Shown: positions 23,130 to 35,350 of the stretch, one piece after another
Numbering within the stretch: the first letter of the stretch is position 1
How the letters are laid out: the number at the start of each line of letters is the position of its first letter
Source: Entomortierella parvispora E1425
Lineage: Eukaryota; Fungi; Mortierellomycota
Reading direction: 5' to 3'
DNA: 64,000 nucleotides
Assembly (NCBI GenBank): GCA_020891255.1
Contig: BQFW01000004.1
Coordinates: 1 to 64,000, forward strand
Made by a program: the position numbers and the translations under genes
The notes under the pieces: model-generated
Told to the model about the DNA's origin: nothing
Databases searched by the model: none
Seen by the model: only the letters and a program-made list of their open reading frames with translations

Positions 23130-26100
23130 GCCATTTCACTTTTTTTTTTCAAAAGTGCTGAGCTTCGCCAAGAAAAGAACGTTGCCTTCATTTTTTACCT
23201 GGAGATCGAGGGATATTATTAATAACAGTCGACAAACGGTCATCCTCTACTCCGCCCCCTGCATGTCTACTCTGTACGTCATTCTATGCCATGCACTGCT
23301 GCGGTTCAGTGGGCTGTGCTTTGCCTTTTTCTACCAATTTCAAAGTGCTGCCCCTCAAGTTAAAAGAAGCGTCGTGACCTGTCATGACCCTTTGAGAGAG
23401 TCGACCCGAAACGGATGCTCCTCCGAGTCTTGAAGAAGGGCGAGAGCAGAAAAAAAAATAAAGCGCACGCCCAAGGAAAACGACCCCTCAAAAAGGAAAG
23501 TCCGATGAATACTCGATGATGTTCTTTGAATTGATCAGAGCAACGGCACGTTTTTCCTGCCCACGGGAAAAGGACAAGTTTTGCGCCGTGTGTTCGTGTG
23601 TTTGCAGGTGGGGAGCAGGGGGAAGATAGGATATCTTGGGTTGTACAAAAGAAACAGGCGCTTACGCTCACACACGGAAAAAGAGACCAAGCCAAAGGGG
23701 TTGTCAGGCCATTTTCTGAGCCGTGTAAACATCCTTTTCATATCTACAGAAGAAATCCGGGCGGCCTGCGTCCGTCTTCCGTTCCTGTTTGCATTGCATT
23801 GCATTGCATGGGCATTGGCTCTTTGTCATATCTTCATCCCTGTTGAAAGCAGTGACATCAATATTAAAAAAAAAAATCTGTCCAAGGTTCTATTGACGCA
23901 CATCCACAACACCCGGTTTGCAGGGCCCGAGAAGGGGAAAGTTGAGATAAAGCGCTTTTTTAGTTTCTGCTCACTCCTTTTCGCTGATTGAGGTTGGAGC
24001 GAAGCAAGAGGGAGGGCAAGAAATGACCTCGTTCTTGTTTTTTTTTTTTTTTTTTTTTTTGTTTGCATTCTTGCTCAATCTGTTCCAGAGACCCACAAGT
24101 GAGCGCAATGTCAAAAGATGGCCCTGCATATCCAACGTTGTGCAATCAAGGCAAACACAAAGAAAAGCAAGACCGAAATCTTTCTCCACAGTCAACTGTT
24201 GACCCAACAAGATTCAGTGGGTCGCGAGCAGAGGGTCCAATTGTCGCAGAGATAACGAAGAAACTTTCAACGTTCCCCTGTTTGTTTGCCTGCTGATGCG
24301 GAAGCGGGCGTGTGAGCGAACCAATCTCGTTGTTATTGTTGATATTGCCGGTTTGTGTCAAGGAAAGAGAGGAAGAGGGGGTGGACTACTTTATCTAGGC
24401 TTGCAATCCTTCTGCACAAACATGTCCGGTCCCAGTTGTTGGGGACAATGCTCTCGAGCCCTCGCCTTCCAAAGGACCTACTGGTCAGGGTAGTTGAGCG
24501 CAGAGATGAAAGGCGATATCATATCTAGTTGTGCACTCCCCAATTTCCGCAAGGTCCGTTACCAATTTGAACTGAACAAAACAAGAGCAGGCCCAGCCCA
24601 AAGTTCATGAGGGACAGTTAATTCTTGCAGGCATTCTTCTTGCCTTCTTTGCATAGAGGTGGGTGTGTATGTACAGAATGTACAGGACATGTGCATTTTG
24701 GGTCTCCTATCAAACATGCTTGGCTCGAGTTTTTATTGACTAACCAACGAGGTGACCAGTGCATCAGGAGAAGGAGGTGGTGGTGAAGGTGGTCGTTCGT
24801 GCCCAGAGGTACATGAATATTATATTGCCCAACCACCACCAGAGAGAAACTATGGCCTCGGACCTCGGGACACCTGAAAAAAAATTGACGGACAACAGAC
24901 CAACCAGACCATCAGAACAATGCGAAGCTGGCCAGGAGGCAAAGAGAAAAAAAGTTGGGGAGGTGGGCGTGGTGTTTACGGTAACACGACCGAGTCCCAG
25001 TGGAACTGATTAAAACGCCAATGCGAGAGCGTTGCACCAGGAATCAATTGCAGAGCCAGAATCAAAGAGACATGCAGAAAACAAAGAACAGGCGAGTGTC
25101 CAGGCTGAAGGGGCAGACACCTTTATCATTATTCAAAAGGACAACATCAGTTGACTTCGATCAAGTGGGGGGGGGGGGGTCCACAACATGCAGCCGCAAC
25201 AAACAAACAATACAGGCCGACTGGCTCTCTCACTCGTCTCCCCTCTCGTTTTCCCTTTCTTTCTCTGCTCGCTAGCCCTCCGTTTTACCGGTAATATGTT
25301 GTCCAGTGTGAGAGCCCTAATCCTCTTCGACTGTTGCCCATGGCTTGCTTTCCTCCCCACAAAACTCTAACGGACTGCAGCCCTGGATGAACTCACAACC
25401 TTCAATTCATTATCACTATTCAAAGAGCTTCTAGTTCAATTACAGGGCCCTGATTTCTCGGGGCAGAACTCAAAGTCGAGGGTCTCGGCAGTATAATTCC
25501 TTCTTGCTCTCGTTTTTTGTTCTCTCCATCGAACAGAACAATGAAAAGAAATGACCTCGCGTGAGGTGATGGAAGAGCGAGTACCTTGAAGAACAAGTGA
25601 GCGACAACCGTCCTGGTCGCTTGGTCTTGCATATTATCATCTCCCACATCTCAGATCTCTCGGTCAAGGGTTGCCCTATGAGGAAAGCAGGCGAGCACGG
25701 CATTCACCACATTCGCTGGGCGGAGAGGTCGCTTTGAATGAGGAGAAAGAAAATGGCCACGTTACCTCCGCTGTTTGAACCGTTTGCGTCGTTTGTGCAG
25801 TGATGAACAGACCAAGTGGCAACGTGCCAGAAAGAGGGTTCCCATCAGATGGTGAGGATAGGCGGTATTGGAACATGATCCAGGCGCAGCATGATTTATA
25901 TGGCCAAGACTCGATCGTCGGTCCTCGACCCAAAGTCGCGTGTTGTCACCGACTCCTGGCGGCGAGCAGCTCAAGGGAAGAAGCCGTGACTGTGAAATCT
26001 TGACCTCCATTAGCCTTTTTGGCGGGCTGTGATTGGCCAAGATATTATATCTAATCTCCATCTCTGTGTAACGGTGCAGAGGGGTGCAGTAGCTCCGTGG

Positions 26101-27330
26101 GAGAGGATGCCCAGGGAGCCAGGCGGAAATGACGACCGAGATCATAGTTCTGACCGAAACGGGGGATGAGGAAGAAGAGCCCTGTCGCGGTCTCTAATTC
26201 CTACGCCTACTCCTCCTGTCCGGATTCACTAAAGAGCCAGAGGGTTCCCTTCAGCAAAGTATGGCGCAATCACTCGACATCCACGCTCATTCGTTTCTCC
26301 CCTTTCCCACCCTCAGTCAGTCAGCCAAGCGGACTTTTTTTTTTTTTTTTTTTTTTTCGGTTCCTTCGGTCAACCGATTGTGGAGTATCATCCTGCCTCG
26401 CAGGACAGCAGCGCTTCTTGGAGGGTGTGCTCTTCATGAAACGATCGGTGCAAAAGTCCGCTCTCTGTGCTCCGTTCCCTGTCCATTTCCTGCTCGTTTG
26501 CGGGACACAACAGCGGCCCTGCAATTGCAACCAAAGGGTTGTGCCGGCCCACTCTCCCTCCCCAGGAGACGTTAGTCCGTATACTATGCTTTCCCTGAAG
26601 CTGAACAGAGCGACAAGTGCGGTGGTTGAGGGCTTCAAAAGAGTGCACAGAGCTGGCTGGTCTTATTCAGTTTCAATTCATTCGCAGCCACGGGTGAAGT
26701 AAGCCGAGGCAAGAGAGAGGAGCGGCAGAAAATGACAAAGAGAACCCTGCTGACAGGTGTGTTTTTTGATCAGTATTCTATATGGAATTCAAACAGTCAA
26801 ACGCGTGGACCAGGAGTCCTTAAGGCGTTGCGCGGAAGTGGGAGCGGGGTGCGATTGGGTCGGTGTGGGTGAGAGGAGTTGTGAAAAAAAAAACAAAATA
26901 GAAAATCATTGAATGAAAAAAGGTCCATTGTTCGCGTGTGTTTGTCTGTTTGCCTCTACTTGGCTCGATGCTCACTCACCCCTCTCGCTCTCGTTGACAA
27001 CAACCCTTGTGTTCAATCAACCTGGCCACAAAAACAATCTCTCCTCCATTCAATGGCCATTCAATGGACAAACCTTGCCCTCTCGCTCGCAAACAAACAA
27101 TCGTTCGTTTTTATCTCTGCCTATATAACTGCTTGTCCTGGCCATACCCCCCGCTCTTTTTTTTTTCTTGCTTCCTCTTTTCTCTCTTCCTCACTCTGCA
27201 CCCCTACCAACCTTGACTCCTTCACATCCCCACATCGTTGCATCTGCACCCTGCATTTGACTCACCTTCATTTCCCCACTCCTCTCCTCTGCTCTCTTGT
27301 TCGTAGTTCCCACAACGCTCTTATTTAACA

Positions 27331-28929
27331 ATGACCGACTACAATGCCATCCTGGACCTGTCCTTCCTCTCGGACGACTACTGCTTCCCAGGCGACTTTT
27401 TTGCGAACACCCCTTCAACTCCCACGTCGCCAGCAATGGCCTCTTACTCTCTTTACAGTACAGCATCCCCTCATGATATCCTCCTCGCCGATGATGGACT
27501 CCCTTCAGACCTCTTCTTCAATCCATCCTCAGCCCCTGTTGCCACTGCTTCATCTGTTACTTCCACACCAAATCAGGACTGGGTTATGGCTCAGTCCTTC
27601 AACAACTCTAGCAACAACAACAATGGGCCCTCCCAGCTCGAGTTGTCACAATTCCAACAGTATCAGCTTCAACAAGATTCTGAACTCTTTGCCACCTGGG
27701 CCCCAGCACCGTCTTCGTATCTCACCCAGGCCACCCAGGCCCTGACTGGTCAGCAGCAACACTTCTTCAACCGCCTTCCCGTTCAGCAGCCATTGTCATC
27801 GCACCGCCCACAATCGATGGACCAGAAAGCCATCGCTGCTTTCGGTGGCATGGGCGATGAGGGCCTTCTTTCCCCTCCCGAGACTCCCTCCTCAACGCCC
27901 TCGCCTGCATGCCTTAAGCCTTTGGGTTCTCCTATGCAGCAAGACCGCCCTATGTCACCTGTGTCTCCTTTGGTATCGCCCGAAAGGTCTTCCTTCCCGT
28001 TTTTGTTGCCCACAAAGACGGCTGTGCCTGAGATGCCTGCCCATACCATGAGCACCTCCACAGCTAGCCCCAGCCCTATCAGGGAAGAGGCAGCCTTGCA
28101 TCAACCCTTGAACACTGTTGGCTTCAAGACCACCCGCACCACCAAGCCTCGCAAGCCCTCCAAGGCCGCCGTAAAGGCCGCGGCTGGAATGGGTGTCCGC
28201 TGCCACAACTGTGGTGCAACTGTGACTCCCCTCTGGCGCCGGTCTGCCAACAACGAGCCCCTCTGCAACGCCTGCGGTCTCTATCACAAGCTGCATGCCA
28301 TGCATCGCCCCAAGCACCTGCAGCAATCCCTCGGTCAAGCAGGTGCTGCGGGCGGCCTTCGATCTAAACTGAACGGTGCTCGATTGGATGGTTCTTCCTC
28401 GGATGAGCTCAAGGCCGATGGTACCTCCGGCGATGGGGCATCGATTTCGAGCCCCCAGCCGACCTGCACCAACTGCAAGACGACCTTGACGCCCCTGTGG
28501 CGCAAGGATGATGCAGGCGACATCCTCTGCAACGCTTGCGGTCTCTACTACAAGTTGCATCACATTCACAGGCCCATCTCTTTGAAGCGCAATGTGATCC
28601 GAAGACGGTCTCGTTACGAGAACGGCAAGAACCCAGCCTCGGTAGCAGCCCACGCCAAGGCCGCTAACCAGGCTGCCTTGGCCATCCAAGCCTCACTGCC
28701 TGTTCGCTCTCACGCTGTACAGCACCCCGCTGTTCAGCACCACCACCATCAGCAGAACTTGCAGCCACGTGGTCCCTTCAACGGGGGTCTTGTCCACAAT
28801 CAAGTCCCTCAGCAACGCTGGCCAGTCCAGCAGCAGCAGCAGCCCATGCAACCCCACACCCCCATGGGCCATGCTCCTATCGTCTTCCAGCAGCATCCCT
28901 ACAGCCAGATCTACGGCTACATGAGCTGA
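27331..28929 (+). CDS. GATA-type transcription factor with two C-x2-C-x17-C-x2-C zinc fingers, intronless
   Basis: [28 protein letters not shown] and [50 protein letters not shown]; Q/H-rich tail. Confidence 0.95.
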   Translation: MTDYNAILDLSFLSDDYCFPGDFFANTPSTPTSPAMASYSLYSTASPHDILLADDGLPSDLFFNPSSAPVATASSVTSTPNQDWVMAQSFNNSSNNNNGPSQLELSQFQQYQLQQDSELFATWAPAPSSYLTQATQALTGQQQHFFNRLPVQQPLSSHRPQSMDQKAIAAFGGMGDEGLLSPPETPSSTPSPACLKPLGSPMQQDRPMSPVSPLVSPERSSFPFLLPTKTAVPEMPAHTMSTSTASPSPIREEAALHQPLNTVGFKTTRTTKPRKPSKAAVKAAAGMGVRCHNCGATVTPLWRRSANNEPLCNACGLYHKLHAMHRPKHLQQSLGQAGAAGGLRSKLNGARLDGSSSDELKADGTSGDGASISSPQPTCTNCKTTLTPLWRKDDAGDILCNACGLYYKLHHIHRPISLKRNVIRRRSRYENGKNPASVAAHAKAANQAALAIQASLPVRSHAVQHPAVQHHHHQQNLQPRGPFNGGLVHNQVPQQRWPVQQQQQPMQPHTPMGHAPIVFQQHPYSQIYGYMS

Positions 28930-29159
28930 CCCTCTCGAATGAGTCGAGCAAGGTGCGATGTGTTGTTTTCTTCAATGGCCTTTATATTTTGTTTAGCAAT
29001 CATTTCTTGTCATCGAATGCCAATAAAACCAAACCATCATTACCTTGAACAAAAAAAAAAAAAGAGACTGTCATGGCGCACTGTTCATGTTGTTGAAAAA
29101 AAAAAGGATGGACCAATTTTGCTTTATGGAGTTGTATCGTCTAGAGATGACTGGGTATA

Positions 29160-31193
29160 TCATAGGAAATCAGGGTTGTACGGAGATGGTAGGTGAGTCT
29201 TCGTCGTCCTGACAATGGAACTGTGCGCTTCCGCTTCACCAATGGAGTTGGCAATATCCTTTGCTGTGGGTGCTGAGGGAGCCGCTGCAGCAGAGCGATT
29301 GAGAGGGGCAACAGTAGAGGATGACTTTTGCTTTCCTAATGGAACGGCCGTCGATATCGATGCAGGCGGACAAATAGCAGGCATTGGGCCCATAGGCGCC
29401 AGGGATCGAAGAAGGAACGTAGGATCTTCTTGCTTGTTTTGAGAAACAATATCCATCTCTGCTGCAACTCCGTCGTATCCTGTGGAGGAGCACAGCTCGA
29501 CTTTGTGTCCAAGGCTCTGTTGCCACCGTCTCTGACCTTGTTCTCGGGTTTGGGAGTCTGGTTCTCGCGTTAGAGCCCCGCTGTTCTCGGATCTTTTTAC
29601 TACTTCGGTCCTTTGTTCCACAGGAGGCAAGGAGTCTGTGTTCTCTACCTTTCCATGGAGTGAACTGCCCTCAGTCGGATCCTTATCCCGTCCATGGATG
29701 CGACCGTAATGTTTCGCAGCCTTCTTTCTTTCTCGCCTGTAGAGAAGCATACCAGCGGTGAGAGCTGCCAGTCCGATAGCACCCATGGACAGTCCAAGAA
29801 CTAGGGCCAAAGTGGCGCCTCCATTCCCAGATCCGTTTGTTGGCGAAGGCAGCGGTGAATCTGAATCTGTCATTCTGTAGCGCGTAGACCATTTCATAGT
29901 CGTTACATTAAAGAGGGCCGGTGAGGACCCGTGAAGTGTCGTGAGGAAGACATCCGAGGCACCTATGGGCGAACGTATTAGCAAAGAAAAAAAAAGATAT
30001 CCTTCCATCATCATCAAATGTAACTTTACCTCCCCAAGACAGAAACCCATCGTCATACATGGTGCAGGACATGCCCACACGGCCATTACTAGGGGACGGG
30101 CCCACAGTCCACTGCATCGTCGCCAGTTCCAGGATGTAGATGTCACTAAAAATGGTCTCTGAATCCTGCCCGCCAAACACCACCAGCTTGCTGCAAGTCT
30201 GATCTATTTAAACATGAGACAGCCCGAGTCGTTATGGCGCCTGGTTAGGTAAGACGGGGGTGCCCGTTCATGGTTCGAGATTAGAATTAACAGCCAGAGA
30301 ACTCTACCTGTGGCGATGCACGCGTCTTCTCTCTCTGTTGGTCCTTTGCCTGTGGTCGAGAGTGCAGCCCAGGTGTTGTTGGCAGGGATGTATTCAAAGA
30401 TCGAGGTGGACACAAAGGCTGTTGCACTTCCGAATCGGCCGCCAAAGTAGAGGATGCTGGACCGCTGAGAACACCAAGTGGATGCATAGCCCTGTGCGAC
30501 CGGGACAGCTGCCGCTCCTGTGCTCCGGCTGCCGTTGGACAGCGTGGAGACTGGTAAACTTAGCGAGGAGAAACTGTTGGTCCTGGGGTCGTAGACATCC
30601 ATTGTCGAGGCGTTCTGTGAGCGATACCCGCCGCGGACATACACCTTGCCATCGATCGGGTTCCCCACCGGCGCCTGGTCGTGGTTACGCGTGGGCACGG
30701 TCACTGTGGAGGTGTTTTGGAGCCATGTTTGTAAAGACACATCATAGAGGTACATGAAGGGCTGGGAATCGTCCTCGTTCCCAAAGAACGACATCACCGT
30801 ATCATTGTGTCCCTGAAAGGGGTACGTCCCGTTGATGGAGACGATGCAGGTGGTCGTAGTGGTGGAGAAGTTGGTGGGGGTGGGAAGCTGGATCCAAGGT
30901 GGTTGGGTGGTGTTCCAGGGGACAGTCAGATCAAGGGTGTAGAATGCATTCACGTAGTTCACGCTGTATCCTCCCTGAAGGTACCATGTTCCTGCAGCGG
31001 TGCATGAGGCTGCATAGACCACGGCGACAGGCGCGATTTGTCTTGTTGCTCCCGTCGGTGGAGATGGACTAGCCAAAGAAACCGTCGCGCACACGACTAG
31101 GGCCAGGGCTAGGACCAGAATCCGGGCCAGAGCAGAGATTAAAGTGGATTCCAACCACCGCAGGCTCACGGTCGTGGTTGCATGCACGGGCAT
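29160..31193 (-). CDS. Kelch/galactose-oxidase-type beta-propeller type-I membrane protein
   Basis: Signal-like ILVLALALVVCATVSLA; kelch GG motifs WYLQGGY, VYVRGGY, ILYFGGRF, LVVFGGQD, FLSWGG; TM LALVLGLSMGAIGLAALTAGMLLY followed by RRERKK. Multi-exon. Confidence 0.88.
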
Positions 31194-31941
31194 GGGTCGA
31201 ATGGCGAGCAGAAAGAAGCTGAAAAGAATGCAGAGGGATGTCGCAATGAGGGGTGGCGGGGAGAGGGGGAGAGGGGAACGGGGTCTGCAAATGGAAGCGA
31301 ATGCAAGGAGAGATCATTCATTCGTGAATGAACAATCAAGGAGGCAAGCCATGCATGCACGCTGCGGCGGAGGGCTGTTTGGTCAGTGGTGGCCCATCAG
31401 CCGTGGAGGTTGGTCGTTGGAGCAGAAAGAGCCTTCCTTCCTTCCTTCCTTCCTTTCTCCTTCCTTCGTCTCGTCTTTTTCCCTTGCTCTTGTTTCCTTG
31501 TTGTCCCTGACATCTGCAGGGCCCCTTGCCCCCGTGGACGAGCACTGCTGTTGTTCACTCCAAAGGGTTTGGGTGGCCTGTGCCAAGCAACGACGCGAGG
31601 AGATCGACAGTCCGTTGGCGTTGATCAATGACTTTGACTCTGTCCGTCAAAGACGCAGCGAGGCCCGCAACAAGTGGTCAGCGCGAAGGATTCGCAGACA
31701 ACGAGGACCATGGAGGAAGAGAGAGGGAGAGGGAGGGAGAGGGAGGGAGAGGGAGGGCAACCACCCATCCCGCACGAAGATCCCAATACCCATCGCATTG
31801 CCACCAAAACGATCATAGCCAAAGACAGTCACGGGAAAGCTCGCACACAAAAAATGGTGGCAAACATTGTCGGTTCATGTCCGCCCCTCCATTCGCGCCT
31901 GCATTCATTCACTCTCTTGAACAACTCACATCCCATCCCTC

Positions 31942-34900
31942 ATGTGGTTCCTTGTCGGACTGGGTCTGAATGAAGGTTCGTACAGCTGCTCGCTTCTGCC
32001 TTTTGTCTTCTTTGCTTCTTCTTGCTTGCTCAAAGGGCAACACGTCTCACTTCTCCCGCCCTGCCTAACACGCTGTGTCTCCTATTATAGGACTCCGGAT
32101 CTGGCTCAAGCCAGACTCCAAACTCACCATCGGAAGGGCTGAAGGAGGTACAGTAGTTGCAGGATCCAAAGGTGTCTTCAGTGGTTGTTCAGACCAGCGT
32201 CACTAATCATATTCACCTGCTTGCAATAGCCGACATCGTGCGTCTGGGAGCAAACGATAGCACCGTTAGTCGGAGGCATGTTGCCATCACTATCGGAAAG
32301 CCTACATTGGAATCTGTTGTATGTTTCATGTCATTGTGCCAATCGCTCTATGGTCAGGCAGAACTTCATGAAGGAGTTCTCATGCAAAAAGGCTTCCTTC
32401 CTTTAATTGCTATTAGAGAGTGCAAAATGAGCACACGGAGTTGACTATTCAGGATCTTGGATCAGCTCGCGGGGTTATACTAGATGGTATTCAGATTGAA
32501 AAAGCGAAAGAGATCAAGGTGGAGATCAAGGAAAATCAGACTTGGGCTCATGAAGACAAGCGACACATTGCAGGAAAAGGATATGGTGGCTGGGCGACAA
32601 TAGAGATTGGCGACAGTACATTATTTCGACTTGAAAGGGTAGATATCAGTCTCTGCTCCTCTGGCATGGCACGCCAGGCCAAGCTGAGCATCATCGAGTC
32701 TGCGGTTGAAATTGGTAAGACCTGATTTGGCTATTTTATCATGCTGAGGAACACCAGATGATCTCACAGCCTTCCCGCGATATAATTTGGAACATACTAG
32801 ATGCAAAAGTCGATTCAACAGCGTGGATCCCAGGAGTATCGACTCACCTTATCATTGGCAACAACAAGCTGACAGAGAAAATGTATATGGCATTGGCTGA
32901 AGGAGGTTATCTCGTGGACGCGTCGTGGTTGAAGGATATGGCAACCTCGTTGGAAACTTCATGGAGCTCAAGGGGCCAGAATTTTACCCCAGCGTTGGAA
33001 ACCCGCTATCCTGCACCGGTGCCTGTCGATTTCAGAGATGCTTCCATTCAATGGGAACCTCATTTTTCTCGGAGAACTGTCTTTTCTGGATATCGATTCA
33101 TTTCGTTCCAAGAGACATTTGTAAGTTTGAATCTTAATATGCACTGGTAATTTATTTGAACCTGACCTTCAGAACCTGACCTGTCTGGTTGCCACCAAAT
33201 TACTATAGAACAAGAGCGTGGGGCAGTTGGTCCAATGTGGTGGCGGTATTTGGTCAATTGAGGATCCAGCTAGAGCAGGCACTGTAATAACCCGATGTAT
33301 GTCAGAGACACTGATTCCCGTGTGCCTTGTTCCAGCTGGTGGAGAAGACCCGGGTCAAACTTTTCCCAAGGCGGAAACTGTGCTCAAGAAGTAAGTGGAG
33401 GATCATCAGTTGCCAGAATGTGTGTTGGACCTTTATCATTAACCATACTTTCACCACCAATAGGCTTGGTTACCGCTGGGTTGAAGAGGATGAAATTGGA
33501 AAGGCGATCATCTATGCCTCGACAGATATTTTTTGCAATCCAAAGCATATGGGCCCTCTTCCAACGCATGAAGAGATGAGCACTCTTCATGTCAGCCAGA
33601 TGCCATTTACTCAAAACCTAGGATCTTTGGCATCCATGCCCGCCTTCATGCCTCAGCCTAAACTCAGAAAGGGCAATTCCGCTGACTTTCCGCAAGTAAT
33701 TGACGACGGTGACGACGACGACGATATCTGGATTCTGCCATCAAAAAAGACTGGAAGCTCCAAACCCAAGACGACCTCACCTGCACCTGCGAAAGCCTCA
33801 ACTGAAAAGCCGCCAAAGAAGAAGGTATGTGGGGCCCTTTTTGTCAAGAAAGTATAGGAAGCTGCTCAGTTTTGACTTGTATCTAATTCAAACATGTCTC
33901 TCACTAGTCAAAAATGGACCGCATGGCGATGTTTTTTGACGGACTAGACGACGACGATATTGTCGATTTGGACCCACCTGGCACGCCAGTAACTCATGCC
34001 ATTGCACAGGACCCTAGTTTACTGCACATACCCACGCCGGCCAAGACAGCTCGAAACTCGTCCAGTCTTGTTACTCCTGTTCCTGTCGCATGGCCAGAGC
34101 TAATCGACCTGGACGCTGAGTCGAGCGACTCTGGAGAGCCAGGGTTCGCACGGGATGGTCAGACACAAAAAGTGGACTTTACACGGGATGGGCAAACACA
34201 AAAGGTGGATTTCACACGAGATGGACAAACACAGAAGGTGGAGTTCACGCGGGATGGCCAAACTCAAAAGGTGTTGTCAGAGGATGAAGAAGACTATACA
34301 CCAACAGTCGATGAGGATCCCAAACATACCACGGACAAACTCTCAAAGCCCCAACTTGTAGTCAAGAAGGAGGCTGATCAAAAGCCAGATATCAGCCTAA
34401 AACAGATGGAGCATCGTTCCAAGTCTGGCAAAACTTCAAAGCATACAACGTTTGAGGCTATCCGTGGCGATATGGAAGGACTGAAGTTAGATGTCAAGAT
34501 CAGCCGTCAAAAGGAAAACATAGACGAGCAGCAGAAGTTGCTCCGGGTAGGGGCTCATCATCAGCGAGGCGCGATTACTGAGGGCGGAGAGAGCAACTTG
34601 ATGCAGTCAGAGCGAAGCGATCAACTTTTGGCCAAGAATAAGCGACGGAAAGTACTGGAGCTGGCAAGTCAATCCCAGGGCCAAATTGAGTCACTCTCGT
34701 CGGCAGACGTCGACTCTGTGTCCCAGAACTTGGGGCGCGGAGATCGCTCAGCCAGTGTACATATCTTGGAGGAAGCTGACAGGAAGGATTGGCCTCAACG
34801 GTGGAAGGAGAAGCCCAATTTCAAAACCAGAGCAGCCGTGGACCCAATTTTGGAGGCAAAGTGGAAGGATCGTCCCAACTTCAAGACTTTCTGCAAGGTA

Positions 34901-35282
34901 TAACTATACTTTTTTGGACCTGATGATCGTTTGGTTTGACCTTCATTGGAACTGACATTCCCTTTACCTTCATTTTGGATTTATAGTCAACTTTGCCTGG
35001 AGTCCACTCGCAGCCGAGCGCGCCATTACCGCTGACCCTTGATGGAAAGATTGTCGAAAAGCATGAGGAGACGATTGAAAAGAGTAGGTTTTTTTTTTAT
35101 TTTTTTTAGAAAAGTCATGCAAATGTGAACAAACCTGACCACCAGTATGTCTATGATCAACTATTCTAGTCGGCAACTACTTCAAGCGCGAGGCAGATAC
35201 AGCAGTAGCACCAAAAACACGGAAAAAACCAAGCGAGAAGCAAATGGCACGGGACGACATCAAAGTTTTGTTGGCGGAATAA
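31942..35282 (+). CDS. NBS1: Nibrin/Nbs1/Xrs2 (FHA, tandem BRCT, Mre11-binding motif), multi-exon
   Basis: MWFLVG start; FHA core LTIGRAEG...DSTVSRRHVAI...LTIQDLGSARGVILDG; BRCT-like STHLIIGNNKLTEKMYMALAEGGYLVDASWL; Mre11-binding NFKTFCK; predicted last exon ends ARDDIKVLLAE* (TAA at 35280-35282). Confidence 0.85.
34151..34273 (+). repeat. In-frame 33-bp tandem repeat x4 encoding RDGQTQKV(D/E)FT within NBS1
   Basis: Copies start at 34151, 34184, 34217 and 34250; the fourth copy diverges after its eighth codon. Confidence 0.95.
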
Positions 35283-35350
35283 ACCCCCGATTGATAGTAT
35301 ACACTTCTATATTATTGTGTGGATATTTTACAAGGCTCCATCTCTATGAG

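Noticed and set aside
24000-26900. Short ORFs of 60-180 aa in the long intergenic region
   Set aside because: No domain motifs, interrupted by homopolymer runs, and no coherent exon chain.
27331-28929. Calling the GATA factor SreA or AreA
   Set aside because: It lacks the Cys-rich linker of SreA and has two fingers, unlike AreA, so no symbol was assigned.
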